Shown here in pieces: positions 7,963 to 16,374 of a stretch of DNA of 64,000 bases. Within the stretch, counting starts at the first letter, position 1; every line of letters starts with the position of its first letter. Position numbers and translations under genes: made by a program. The notes below the pieces were generated by a model. The model saw nothing but the letters and a program-made list of their open reading frames with translations, ran no database searches and was not told where the DNA came from. The DNA is from a virus: positions 1 to 64,000 of IMG/VR virus record IMGVR_UViG_3300027586_000003; one strand, given 5' to 3'.

Positions 7963-8028
7963 TGGCCGGGTAGGTGAGGTGGATTTGGGAGTCATGTTCA
8001 AGCGTCTTGCGTGAGCTTTTCGTTAGAC
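7900..8028 (+). mobile_element. integron attC-like site with a 37-nt insertion
   Basis: R'' GGCTAAC, L'' GCTGCACC, stem ACCCGGCCA/TGGCCGGGT, duplicated GTGAG (7974, 8011), R' GTTAGAC. Confidence 0.7.
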
Positions 8029-8077
8029 ATGGTTGCTGCTAAACGTCTAAAACGGCGCATTGAGTCGGAAATCTGGG

Positions 8078-8329
8078 CTATTGCGCCTTGAAAGCAGCAC
8101 TAAGGCTATCTTTAGCCTCCAGCATCCGTTCGAGCGCAACGGCGAGATTCTTACCAAACCACCGGGCGCGATGGTGGTCGGTTTGTTCCACCACGCAAAA
8201 GCCCTGATGGTCTATTTGCAGGTAGGTGTTCCACTTGTCTCCAATTTTTACGGTGCGAACGTAGCGGCGACGAATGAGGCTAACCATGCGCTGCTGCAAA
8301 CGACGGGATTCAGTCTGAGTTTTTTTCAT
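8078..8329 (-). CDS. hypothetical cassette-like protein
   Basis: N-terminal RRLQQRMVS is encoded by an attC-like arm. Confidence 0.7.
   Translation of the reverse strand: MKKTQTESRRLQQRMVSLIRRRYVRTVKIGDKWNTYLQIDHQGFCVVEQTDHHRARWFGKNLAVALERMLEAKDSLSAAFKAQ
8278..8305 (+). repeat. attC-like half site (R''-L'')
   Basis: GGCTAACCATGCGCTGC identical to 7900-7916. Confidence 0.7.
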
Positions 8330-8333
8330 GTTG

Positions 8334-8624
8334 TCACATCTGGTAACTTAGGCTCGCCTTGTTGCGCTTCGTCCAGCCACGGAGCTTCCGCTGCCGCTCG
8401 CGTTCTAGCTTCGTGTGACGCAGGCACAGCGCACCAATGGCGGGCTGGCTGCACTTCCAGCACATCCCGGCAGCGCGTTGCCGCAATTGCCACGCCCGCT
8501 GGCGGCTTACTTTGCGCGGCTCCGCCACCGCTCCCTTGGCGAGCTTCTTGGGCTTCCAAGCGTGCTTCTTGTTTGCTGGGTTGGGCCGAGTGACGCGCTT
8601 ACGCGCTTTCTGCTTCTTCTTCAT
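8334..8624 (-). CDS. basic zinc-finger-like protein
   Basis: K/R-rich, CxxC...CxxH. Confidence 0.6.
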   Translation of the reverse strand: MKKKQKARKRVTRPNPANKKHAWKPKKLAKGAVAEPRKVSRQRAWQLRQRAAGMCWKCSQPAIGALCLRHTKLERERQRKLRGWTKRNKASLSYQM

Positions 8625-8626
8625 AA

Positions 8627-9136
8627 TTATGATTCCGTCGCTGCGATTTCGTTGCTGAACCTGCCGCACAAATCCATGTCCACATCCCACCACCCGTCAT
8701 GCTTCAGGTAGTAGCAAATCTCGAATGCGTCTGGTGGCGTGACACTCGTGGACTCGACTGCCGCTTTAATGCTTCTTTGCGTATCAGCGCGGTCATCTTC
8801 GTAGGCGTTGTTTCCTTTTAGCCACGCTATCGCAATGTCGGTCAGCCGCTCCTCCAGAGGAATCTTGCGCCGCGCAACGAACGCTTCCTGCCGCGCTTTC
8901 AGAGTTCCGTGGGCGCACTTCCCCAAGTTATCAACCACGTTGGCTCGCCACTCCTCGCGGGTGATGCGCTCGACTGCGAGGCCGGTGCGAATCCACTCCG
9001 CTACGTCGTCGGCGTTATGTTGGCGCGACCCCTCGTTGTCCACTGCTGACGCACAGACGCAGCCACATGGCATCTTGGCGATGTAGAAGTAGCCGGTCGG
9101 ACTGCGCAGCTTTTTCGGGTCAGTTACGATTCTCAC
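8627..9136 (-). CDS. hypothetical protein
   Basis: 169-aa ORF, GTGA overlap, PCGCVC motif. Confidence 0.7.
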   Translation of the reverse strand: MRIVTDPKKLRSPTGYFYIAKMPCGCVCASAVDNEGSRQHNADDVAEWIRTGLAVERITREEWRANVVDNLGKCAHGTLKARQEAFVARRKIPLEERLTDIAIAWLKGNNAYEDDRADTQRSIKAAVESTSVTPPDAFEICYYLKHDGWWDVDMDLCGRFSNEIAATES

Positions 9137-9549
9137 AGGTGAAAAAATCTATGCTGACCAACTGTCGCAACCTCTGTTCTGCCCTGCGCCCAACGTGGCG
9201 TCTTGAAGTGAACCGACTCAAAGTGGTTTGCCCCGCCCGTGTAGCGAGTCGTCACCGGGTTGCTCGCTATCCACAATGCCACAGGCCAAAGCCGATGCTG
9301 GCTTGACTTGGCAACCAAGGCTGACGGCGACACCCCGTTCAGGACGGAGAACTGCTTACGCTGTTGGACTACCTGAGCGTGCGACAAGCTGCGCTGGAAC
9401 GAGCGTGTGTTCACGACTTCCATTACGCAGCGCAAGCCCACCTCTCCGTCGCAGCCCGCCTCTGCAACAAGGACGGCGGCAACAATCTCGCGGTCGGTAA
9501 CGGCAAATGCGTTCACGGACAACAGCAATAGCAGTGCAATGGTTTTCAT
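9133..9549 (-). CDS. cell wall hydrolase, SleB/Hydrolase_2 family, with signal peptide
   Basis: AEA..D...G...V..VV.TR, QFS, TGGANHF, PRWA, GQHRFF. Confidence 0.88.
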   Translation of the reverse strand: MKTIALLLLLSVNAFAVTDREIVAAVLVAEAGCDGEVGLRCVMEVVNTRSFQRSLSHAQVVQQRKQFSVLNGVSPSALVAKSSQHRLWPVALWIASNPVTTRYTGGANHFESVHFKTPRWAQGRTEVATVGQHRFFHL

Positions 9550-10217
9550 AGGGAGACAGGCATCGCAGCTTTTACACGGGCAGCGTGCCGCTTCGTGAAG
9601 GCGTTGGAAATGGATTGCTCTTGGCTCGTTATCGCCTTTGCGCCGCCCACCATTACCATGTCACCGAACAGCTTTGGGGCCGGGGTCACGCTGTCATTGA
9701 ACAGCTTCTCCGCACCCCACACGGCGAGCTTCAAAGCCTCAACCACCACAGCTTCAGCCAGCGATGTCACGCCGGATTCAGATGTAGCTGACACGCTCAA
9801 CAACACAACCTCGCTGTCAACGTCTTGCACTACGGCTGAATGACGAATCTCAACCGGGTAGTCATTCTGAAACCATACCCGATGCAGGTCGGCCTCAATG
9901 AAGTCTAAACCCTGACGGTCAAGCTCAGGCGTCGGCAGTTGGTCGTTGATGAAGTTCGCCATCAGCGATGCGTCGCTCAGGCCCAGCTTCAGCTTCTCCA
10001 TTGCGTAGCTAGCGTGGACGTAGCTTGTGAACTTCCAGAAGCCCTGCCCCATGACGCCCACGAACAACGTCGGCCCGACCCGCTGGATGCTGACCTCGTA
10101 TTGCCGACCGTTGCCGAGTGCCACCCGGTAGAGGCCGTCCACCAGCCGTGGAAAGCACCCTGCCGAGTTAATTCGGATTGGCTCTGCTGCTGTCCCAATT
10201 GTTTTTAGTGTTTTCAT
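9546..10217 (-). CDS. hypothetical protein
   Basis: 223 aa after a promoter and an ACAACGACAACGAC leader. Confidence 0.7.
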   Translation of the reverse strand: MKTLKTIGTAAEPIRINSAGCFPRLVDGLYRVALGNGRQYEVSIQRVGPTLFVGVMGQGFWKFTSYVHASYAMEKLKLGLSDASLMANFINDQLPTPELDRQGLDFIEADLHRVWFQNDYPVEIRHSAVVQDVDSEVVLLSVSATSESGVTSLAEAVVVEALKLAVWGAEKLFNDSVTPAPKLFGDMVMVGGAKAITSQEQSISNAFTKRHAARVKAAMPVSL

Positions 10218-10240
10218 GTCGTTGTCGTTGTTGCTTGCGC

Positions 10241-10273
10241 ACCTTTGCTAGTTTTTTTAACCGCGTCAAGTGT
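10241..10273 (-). promoter_or_regulatory. promoter (ACACTTGAC family)
   Basis: ACAC-TTGACG-17-AAAGGT (weak -10). Confidence 0.5.
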
Positions 10274-10299
10274 TTGTTTTGTTATTTTAACGGTTTTTG

Positions 10300-10390
10300 A
10301 AAGTGTCCCGGCGAAGGTTCTCAGGCTACCTTGCCGGGCGAAGCGGGCACCTAACGGGGACACTGGTTCCCCGGCCTGTTCCGCTAAAGC
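10300..10390 (-). ncRNA. candidate structured RNA / terminator switch
   Basis: several overlapping complementary blocks in about 90 nt of intergenic DNA. Confidence 0.35.
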
Positions 10391-10392
10391 GT

Positions 10393-11136
10393 TCAGTCGT
10401 TATGCACGTCGCTCCATCCGTCTCGACGGGCATTGTCTAACTCTTCCTGCCACCAAGGAGTGTAAGCCTTGTGTTCCTTGGGCACGTCCGACTTCTTGTG
10501 ACTGCCGTTCGTCTTGAAGCCAAGCTGCGTCGCCGTGTTACCGAGTCCGTGACCGTGCTTTGGCTTGTCGTGAAGCGGGTTGCAGGACAGACCGTGCGCC
10601 CAGTTCGTGTTGGAGAACATCGCACCGTCAAGCTCCACGAAGCCGCCAAACAGCTTCACTTCGCCATTGGAGTGCATGACTGCAAACTTGCCCGCCCCAC
10701 GCTTTACAAACTCCTGTAGGCAAGCCTCGCCACGGTGAGCTACAATGCGTGCGATGACTTGCGAATCCGATGCGTCTGGCGGGTAGCCGACACCCGCCAT
10801 GCTTGCGTAGAATTCCCAGCCGGAGCAGTGACCGTTGTGATACAGAACGGATTTTGCCGCTCCGTTTAGTTCGTCGTTCTTTGTGGTCTTGATTACGAAC
10901 GGGTGACACCGGGAGGGTTGCACGCCGCCCGCAGTCGCAATGCGGAAGTGGACAACGTGTGGCAACGGCTTGTCTTTGAGAAGTTCGTGAATCTGGTTTG
11001 CGCTCACGTCTTTCTGCCAGCGGACTAGGCCGCTCTCAATCCACGAGCAGCCGCCCCCGTGCGGGTTGGAACTCTGGCACGCCCGGAGGATGTTCAACGG
11101 AATGGACGACTTGATTGCAATTGCGATAACGCACAT
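10393..11136 (-). CDS. class II (Ntn) glutamine amidotransferase
   Basis: Met-Cys start, NPHGGG, HFRIAT.G, CHPF, HNG, SDS, FSN. Confidence 0.9.
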   Translation of the reverse strand: MCVIAIAIKSSIPLNILRACQSSNPHGGGCSWIESGLVRWQKDVSANQIHELLKDKPLPHVVHFRIATAGGVQPSRCHPFVIKTTKNDELNGAAKSVLYHNGHCSGWEFYASMAGVGYPPDASDSQVIARIVAHRGEACLQEFVKRGAGKFAVMHSNGEVKLFGGFVELDGAMFSNTNWAHGLSCNPLHDKPKHGHGLGNTATQLGFKTNGSHKKSDVPKEHKAYTPWWQEELDNARRDGWSDVHND

Positions 11137-11156
11137 AGTTTGTTTTGTGTTTGGTG

Positions 11157-11762
11157 TTAGTCTTCGAGAACCGCAACGACTTCGACAGCATCGGGAGCCT
11201 TGTCTAGCCACTCCTCGACAATGGACAGCACTTCACGAATCGCCTTGACCGCAACGTGCGGCTTTTTGAACGTCGGCAGCAGTCGGCACTCAGCCGTGGT
11301 GTGCTGTAGGTAGCAGAAATTCCAATGTGCATAGCGCACACTGTCTTTGAAAGTGGCGTCCGCCTGCTTGTCGGGATTCCACGCCTTAGTGCAAAAACGA
11401 TTGTCGCCACGGAGCCGGTTCCAAAATTCAGAATTCTGAATGTCGTGCGTCTTACCCCACGCCTCCATGCGTGCGAGGAAAAAGTCGTAAAACCGTTTAT
11501 CCATCAGCGACGCATACAGGTGCGTGTTCCTAAGACTAACATGGACGTGGAAGCCGCAAGTGCGGTCAGTGTGCGTCGGCCAGTTCGCAGTCACATAGGA
11601 TTCGATGGTATCCCACCGGGCCAGCGGTCGGCTGCGCATTTCACCACGGATGGGAGCGGCTACCGTGACGCTTATATCATGTCCAATAGGCCCGCCGGGA
11701 GGCGCAATATCCCATCCCCCCTCAATTTCCACGCCGACCTTGTCTATGTAGTTGAAGTTCAT
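11157..11762 (-). CDS. putative amidoligase (COOH-NH2 ligase, glutamine-synthetase-like fold)
   Basis: GVEIEG, D.SV, E.RSRP, TCGFHVHVS, RY...N, T.E.R. Confidence 0.82.
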   Translation of the reverse strand: MNFNYIDKVGVEIEGGWDIAPPGGPIGHDISVTVAAPIRGEMRSRPLARWDTIESYVTANWPTHTDRTCGFHVHVSLRNTHLYASLMDKRFYDFFLARMEAWGKTHDIQNSEFWNRLRGDNRFCTKAWNPDKQADATFKDSVRYAHWNFCYLQHTTAECRLLPTFKKPHVAVKAIREVLSIVEEWLDKAPDAVEVVAVLED

Positions 11763-11798
11763 TTCAGTGTTTGGTGTTTGGTGTTTCTAACTGCGCTG

Positions 11799-11832
11799 AG
11801 TCTCGCACGGCTGCGTAGCCGTGTCAAGGGTA
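11799..11832 (-). promoter_or_regulatory. promoter with palindromic spacer
   Basis: TACCC-TTGACA-17-GAGACT; CACGGCT-ACGC-AGCCGTG. Confidence 0.7.
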
Positions 11833-12261
11833 TTAAATCACTTCCTGCTCTGACACGGTGAGAGTGCAAACCATGTTGACGGGCTTCAGGTGTTCGACAT
11901 AGACCGCCTTAGCGAACTGGCGAAGCTGCGTGGTGAACAGCTTCATTTTGTCCAACGACACAGGGCCGTCCAGACGGAACATGACACCGTTGCGGATGTC
12001 GTGAGCCAGCAGGAATGAAATGTTGAGTTGATCCTGAATGAACAACTTTGCCGTCGTGCCCGGTCGCACAACGAATGGCAGGCTGGTTGGAAGCGATGCC
12101 GTGATAGGGTTGTGGCAAGCCACCCCAGCGATGAGGAACGTCGCATTGGCGTCCGTTGGGTTTTGAGTGATTGGCGTCCAACTAATCTCACTGCGAATCG
12201 AGAGGTAGCAGCCGCCCATGTCCCGCCCTACTTTAATTTCTAGGATTTGTTTTGCAGCCAT
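11833..12261 (-). CDS. hypothetical protein next to the amidoligase
   Basis: own promoter; ACACCAAACACT-ATG leader. Confidence 0.7.
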   Translation of the reverse strand: MAAKQILEIKVGRDMGGCYLSIRSEISWTPITQNPTDANATFLIAGVACHNPITASLPTSLPFVVRPGTTAKLFIQDQLNISFLLAHDIRNGVMFRLDGPVSLDKMKLFTTQLRQFAKAVYVEHLKPVNMVCTLTVSEQEVI

Positions 12262-12296
12262 AGTGTTTGGTGTTTGGTGTTTTAGACTACGCACGG

Positions 12297-12330
12297 AGAC
12301 TAGCAGTAGCCGCCGGGCGTGTCAAGTGTA
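12297..12330 (-). promoter_or_regulatory. promoter (ACACTTGAC family)
   Basis: TACAC-TTGACA-17-TAGTCT, extended TGn. Confidence 0.7.
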
Positions 12331-12343
12331 TTCAACTCACGGC

Positions 12344-12793
12344 TTACGCCGCCACCGCAAGGGTGATGACGTTGCTGGCCGACGCCGTTTCAACTACCTT
12401 GGCCGTCGCCTTGACCTTCGTGGCACCGCTACGGGCCGCACGGGGCAGCTTGGCGATGACACGGGCCTCAAGTTCGGCGAGCTTGGCGGCGACCGCCGGG
12501 TTAAGAACCTCGTCGGCAACTTCGCCGCCGTTCGTGAGGACTTCCAACGCCGCCTTCTCCAAGGCCACAAGGAAGTTGTCCCATTGGAATCCAGCGATGC
12601 TGCCGAGCTTGGCGATGACCGCCTTGCTCAAGATGTTGCACGTCGGCGGCACGTCGTAGTCCGCCGCTTTCACGAGCGAGTAGTCAATCTCGACCGTGAA
12701 CTTGCCGCTGTAGGAGCCGGGGCTGATTTCGTCCGCCTTGCCCTTCACCGCTTTGGTGAGGGCCACCGCTTCAATGTTGCTCAGTGTGTTCAT
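12344..12793 (-). CDS. Ala-rich hypothetical protein
   Basis: 149 aa, biased codon use, ACAACGACA leader. Confidence 0.75.
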   Translation of the reverse strand: MNTLSNIEAVALTKAVKGKADEISPGSYSGKFTVEIDYSLVKAADYDVPPTCNILSKAVIAKLGSIAGFQWDNFLVALEKAALEVLTNGGEVADEVLNPAVAAKLAELEARVIAKLPRAARSGATKVKATAKVVETASASNVITLAVAA

Positions 12794-12842
12794 GGTGTTG
12801 TCTTTGTCGTTGTCTTGTTAAACCGCATCCGAATCTGTAGCC

Positions 12843-12870
12843 ACAATAACACAGCACAGCACTGAGTCAA
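12843..12870 (-). promoter_or_regulatory. sigma70-like promoter
   Basis: TTGACT-16-TATTGT. Confidence 0.55.
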
Positions 12871-12890
12871 TGTTTTTTCTGAAAATCTTT

Positions 12891-14390
12891 TTAGCCTGTC
12901 AACGCCCGCTCCCGTCGCTGCGCCATCGCTCGGTGAAGTCGGTCGTGGACGTTGACCGACGCCGGGAGGTTGAACACAGTCCGCAGCATCATCCAGCAGC
13001 CCGATACCGCATCAACGCCATCGTCCAATTTACCCGACGGGAACTGTTCCGCTTGCATGATGAAGTCCATGTTCCAAGACCCCCGCACCAACGCCACTTT
13101 GCCTCGGTCAACCAAAGCGATCCACGGCAGCGCACGGGTCAGCTTGTCCCGGTCTGCCCCATACTCACGGCAGGTTATGTGCGGCGGCAGCACTTCGATG
13201 AGGTTTGCGAACGCCGTTTTGAATCCGGCAACCGCCTCGATACCAACCGGAATTCCCTCAAGCTCGGCAGTTTGTTTGATACGCCGCCGTGACTCCGGCC
13301 ATTCCCATTGCCCGTCAATCCAGTCACGCAGGTAAAGCGTGCCTTCCGTGTCTAATGCGGCGGCGAAACTGGAGGTGTGGTCAGAGGTCTTCTTCTCGCT
13401 TGTCGCCAAATCCCAGAAGCGCACCCAGCGCAGTCCGTCTGGCGCGGCGTCCACGATTTGCAGGTTGGCGACCGGGATGTAGTTGCCGCCACGCACCACA
13501 GGTGAGCCGTCATACAATGCCGACCAAACATAGCTCCCGACGCTGGCACGGATACTCCGTAACCGCTCCACCGGATACCGTTCAGGAAACAGCGCGTCAC
13601 CGGGCGCACGACCCAGCGGGTCATCGTCATGCGCCATCGCTGGCAAGTTGATGATTTCCCACTTCTCGTCTGTCGCAACGTCGGCTTCGTTGCATCGCGC
13701 CGGGTCAAGCAACCGCCCAACCAAATCGTCGGTGTGCCATCTCGTTTGCAGCACGATTACCGATGCGCCCGGATGCAACCGTGTCAGCGCGACGGCTTGG
13801 AACCAGTTCCACACATTGTCGCGGATGGTTGCGCTATGGGCCTCCTGAAAGTCCTTCGTGCTGTCGTCAACCAGCAGGCAGTTGCAACCCCTGCCGGTGA
13901 GTCCGCCGCCAACACCGACCGCCTTATACATTCCGCCGTGAGAAGTCTTCCATTCGTTAGCTGCCGCCTCGCCATCTGCAATGCGTGTGTTGAAAATGGC
14001 AGCGTATTCTTCGCTTGCTAACCGTGCGCGGGCTTGCTTGGAATGGCTCATTGACAAGTCCTGAGCGTAGGACGCCAGCACGATTTCAGTCTCAGGTTTC
14101 CTGCCTAGAAGCCACGTCGGAAACTCGACGGCTATCAATCTGCTTTTACCCACGCGGGGCGGGCAAGTCACGATGAGCCGCTTGATTTTTCCCTCTGCAA
14201 CCTGCTGCAACTTGTTTGCAAGGAAGATGTGGAATTTTGACGCGATGTAGTCTGGGTTGCACGCCTGCGTGTAGAAAAGAAGGTCGTTGCGAGCTTCCTC
14301 CAGCATCGCGCTGACTTCTGTATCGTTGTCGGTTGTCGTTGTCTCGTCTGACATCCGCGCCACCGTATCAGCGAGGCTATTTATGTTCAA
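12891..14390 (-). CDS. terL: terminase large subunit
   Basis: Walker A PPRVGKS, LTGRG, Walker B LLVDD, QTRWH.DDL.G, nuclease WDLA and DDGVDA. Confidence 0.95.
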   Translation of the reverse strand: MNINSLADTVARMSDETTTTDNDTEVSAMLEEARNDLLFYTQACNPDYIASKFHIFLANKLQQVAEGKIKRLIVTCPPRVGKSRLIAVEFPTWLLGRKPETEIVLASYAQDLSMSHSKQARARLASEEYAAIFNTRIADGEAAANEWKTSHGGMYKAVGVGGGLTGRGCNCLLVDDSTKDFQEAHSATIRDNVWNWFQAVALTRLHPGASVIVLQTRWHTDDLVGRLLDPARCNEADVATDEKWEIINLPAMAHDDDPLGRAPGDALFPERYPVERLRSIRASVGSYVWSALYDGSPVVRGGNYIPVANLQIVDAAPDGLRWVRFWDLATSEKKTSDHTSSFAAALDTEGTLYLRDWIDGQWEWPESRRRIKQTAELEGIPVGIEAVAGFKTAFANLIEVLPPHITCREYGADRDKLTRALPWIALVDRGKVALVRGSWNMDFIMQAEQFPSGKLDDGVDAVSGCWMMLRTVFNLPASVNVHDRLHRAMAQRRERALTG

Positions 14391-14796
14391 GGTAGCTCTT
14401 TACCATCGGTGGGATAACCCAACTAAAAGCGGTTACGACAACTGCCAGCAAGACTCCCTTGCGTCCGAACCAAGTCTTACGCCACTCTCCAATCTCAAGA
14501 ATCTTGGTCTGTGTAACTGCTACTTGCGCAGTTATTCTGTCAAAGTTAAGCGTGTTCTGCGCCTCATGCGACCTGAATTCAGCCGCCGACTGTTGCAGGA
14601 TTTCAAATATATTATTGCGCCCTTCCCGCGCCTCAAACTGGCCGTCCATCACGTCGTCCAACTTTTGGTTGATGATGTTTTGCTCTTCGTAGTTTCTGCG
14701 AACATCAGCGGGGAGTCCTTCGAGAAGCTGAGTAGGCAGGTTGCAAACGTATTTTCTTCGGATACGCTTTGTGGTGTCGCTCGTCATGTCGGTCAT
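14377..14796 (-). CDS. coiled-coil protein with a C-terminal TM helix (holin-like?)
   Basis: single hydrophobic segment GVLLAVVVTAFSWVI; lies between the terminase subunits. Confidence 0.55.
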   Translation of the reverse strand: MTDMTSDTTKRIRRKYVCNLPTQLLEGLPADVRRNYEEQNIINQKLDDVMDGQFEAREGRNNIFEILQQSAAEFRSHEAQNTLNFDRITAQVAVTQTKILEIGEWRKTWFGRKGVLLAVVVTAFSWVIPPMVKSYLEHK

Positions 14797-14817
14797 GCGA
14801 TTGCTGATTAGTCAAAA

Positions 14818-15735
14818 TCACGCTGATTGCAAGCGCGGAGTCTGCGCGTGCGCTGCGGCATCAGCATCGGCAAGCATTTTAGCCTCCCGCTCCTTAGCTG
14901 CGTGGTCGCGCAATACCTTAGCCGCAAACGCCTTGCGAATCGAATCAAATCGAGCCTGCTTGGATGAGTCAGCGACCTCCGTGGCTTCCACGACGTTGTT
15001 AAAGCCCAGCAATCGCGCACGATGCTCGCTGATTTTCAGCAGCAGTAACAGCGGCCCAACCTCGCCGTCCCGCTGCGCTTTGGCTACCGTCTTTGTAATG
15101 TTCACCGAACGGCCTGTTGCGCGGTCTGCTGCCGCATTAACTTCCGCTGCCGTTCCGCTTGTCACTTGAGAGCCGCTTTGGTCGTCACGCAGCGTCCGGG
15201 AATACACCTCCCATGCCTCTCGCTCAATCCGGTCAAGGAACGCAAGCTCGGCTGCCTTTCGCATTTTGGCCGTGCCACCCACAAACTCCTCTGTCCAGCG
15301 ACGTTGAACCTCTTTTCCGTCACTCCGAACTTGGGCGTAGGAAAGCTCGTAGGGCGCGTTGTTGTTTCTGAGCCGGTTGTTTATCAGCCGCTTCGTCTCG
15401 GTCGCCGTCATACGCTTCAGCAGGCACTCGGCAATCTCTAACAGGTCAACCTCACGTTGCCACTTAGTCCGACGTGAGGCATACTTGCTCGGAGTGATGT
15501 TTAGCATCGCATCGGTCAACGGCTCTTCGCCCGGCTCCGGTGGAATAAGGTCGTGGGCGTCGTGCATCACCTCAACACGCCCGTCAATTGCACCAGCCAC
15601 GGGTTGACCATGCGGCGCACTTTCAGATTCCACATCTTTGGCGACAGGTTCCGCAACCAGCATCACGTTTTCCGTCGCGGCGGTAGCCAGCGTAAAAACG
15701 GTTAAGAAAGACACGCCACTCTTTCCCGCAGCCAC
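14818..15735 (-). CDS. putative terminase small subunit
   Basis: HTH-like segment, EL..LDRIEREAW and LKISEHRARLLG motifs, upstream of terL; start uncertain. Confidence 0.6.
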   Translation of the reverse strand: MAAGKSGVSFLTVFTLATAATENVMLVAEPVAKDVESESAPHGQPVAGAIDGRVEVMHDAHDLIPPEPGEEPLTDAMLNITPSKYASRRTKWQREVDLLEIAECLLKRMTATETKRLINNRLRNNNAPYELSYAQVRSDGKEVQRRWTEEFVGGTAKMRKAAELAFLDRIEREAWEVYSRTLRDDQSGSQVTSGTAAEVNAAADRATGRSVNITKTVAKAQRDGEVGPLLLLLKISEHRARLLGFNNVVEATEVADSSKQARFDSIRKAFAAKVLRDHAAKEREAKMLADADAAAHAQTPRLQSA

Positions 15736-16130
15736 TTAGCTGCGTCCTTGAAGTGTTCTGCTTTGTAGCCAGCCCGAATTGCGTCACCACCCATGCGGTG
15801 AAGGTTCCCCTCAACCGCATCTGAGTTTTGCTTGTAGAACTCCGCGAGTTCCGCTGCGTGCGAATCCAAGGCATTCGCCGCCACCAAAAGTGGCGACTCA
15901 GCAGCGTTCGCCAGCGCAATCGTGCCTTGAAGCATCTTCAACGACTCACCGTTGGCATCGAAAGCGAGCATCGAGATGCGATAAAAACGGTCGCGGTCTT
16001 CGGCGACGGCAGCCAGCGCGGCCTCGGCGTCGTCTGCGCGGTTCTTCTGAATCCTCCACTCACGTTGAAGCTCGTTGTGAGTAGTCCCTGACACGTCGCC
16101 GTAAAGCTCATCGCTCATACTTTTAACCAT
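15702..16130 (-). CDS. coiled-coil hypothetical protein
   Basis: 142-aa ORF in a packed operon. Confidence 0.65.
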   Translation of the reverse strand: MVKSMSDELYGDVSGTTHNELQREWRIQKNRADDAEAALAAVAEDRDRFYRISMLAFDANGESLKMLQGTIALANAAESPLLVAANALDSHAAELAEFYKQNSDAVEGNLHRMGGDAIRAGYKAEHFKDAAKWLRERVACLS

Positions 16131-16276
16131 CCTATTTTTTTACAAATTGCCGTTACACATCCGCCAATCACCCATGCTGTCGGCAACCACATCGCCGCAA
16201 GCAGGAACATAATCAGGTCAAAGGCAAGCGTTGCCACGCTGCCAATTGCGCTAGAAACGCAACCGATTGGTTTCAT
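16115..16276 (-). CDS. small membrane protein
   Basis: MKPIGC... hydrophobic, ATGA overlap. Confidence 0.55.
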   Translation of the reverse strand: MKPIGCVSSAIGSVATLAFDLIMFLLAAMWLPTAWVIGGCVTAICKKIGWLKV

Positions 16277-16374
16277 TCTTTGCCGCAGATTCGGCATACG
16301 AACCGGCAAGGTTTGTTGGTGTTGACCCAATCGTGACCGCGCCAGAAGCAGAACAGTGCAAGTAAGAATTTCAT
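16273..16374 (-). CDS. tiny Cys/His zinc-ribbon-like protein
   Basis: C...GHDW...C.ICGKE, ATGA overlap. Confidence 0.55.
   Translation of the reverse strand: MKFLLALFCFWRGHDWVNTNKPCRFVCRICGKE

Noticed and set aside
10300-10390. glmS, hammerhead or canonical HDV/theta ribozyme call
   Set aside because: Catalytic core consensus sequences are missing and the element is downstream, not upstream, of the amidotransferase; kept only as an unclassified structured RNA.
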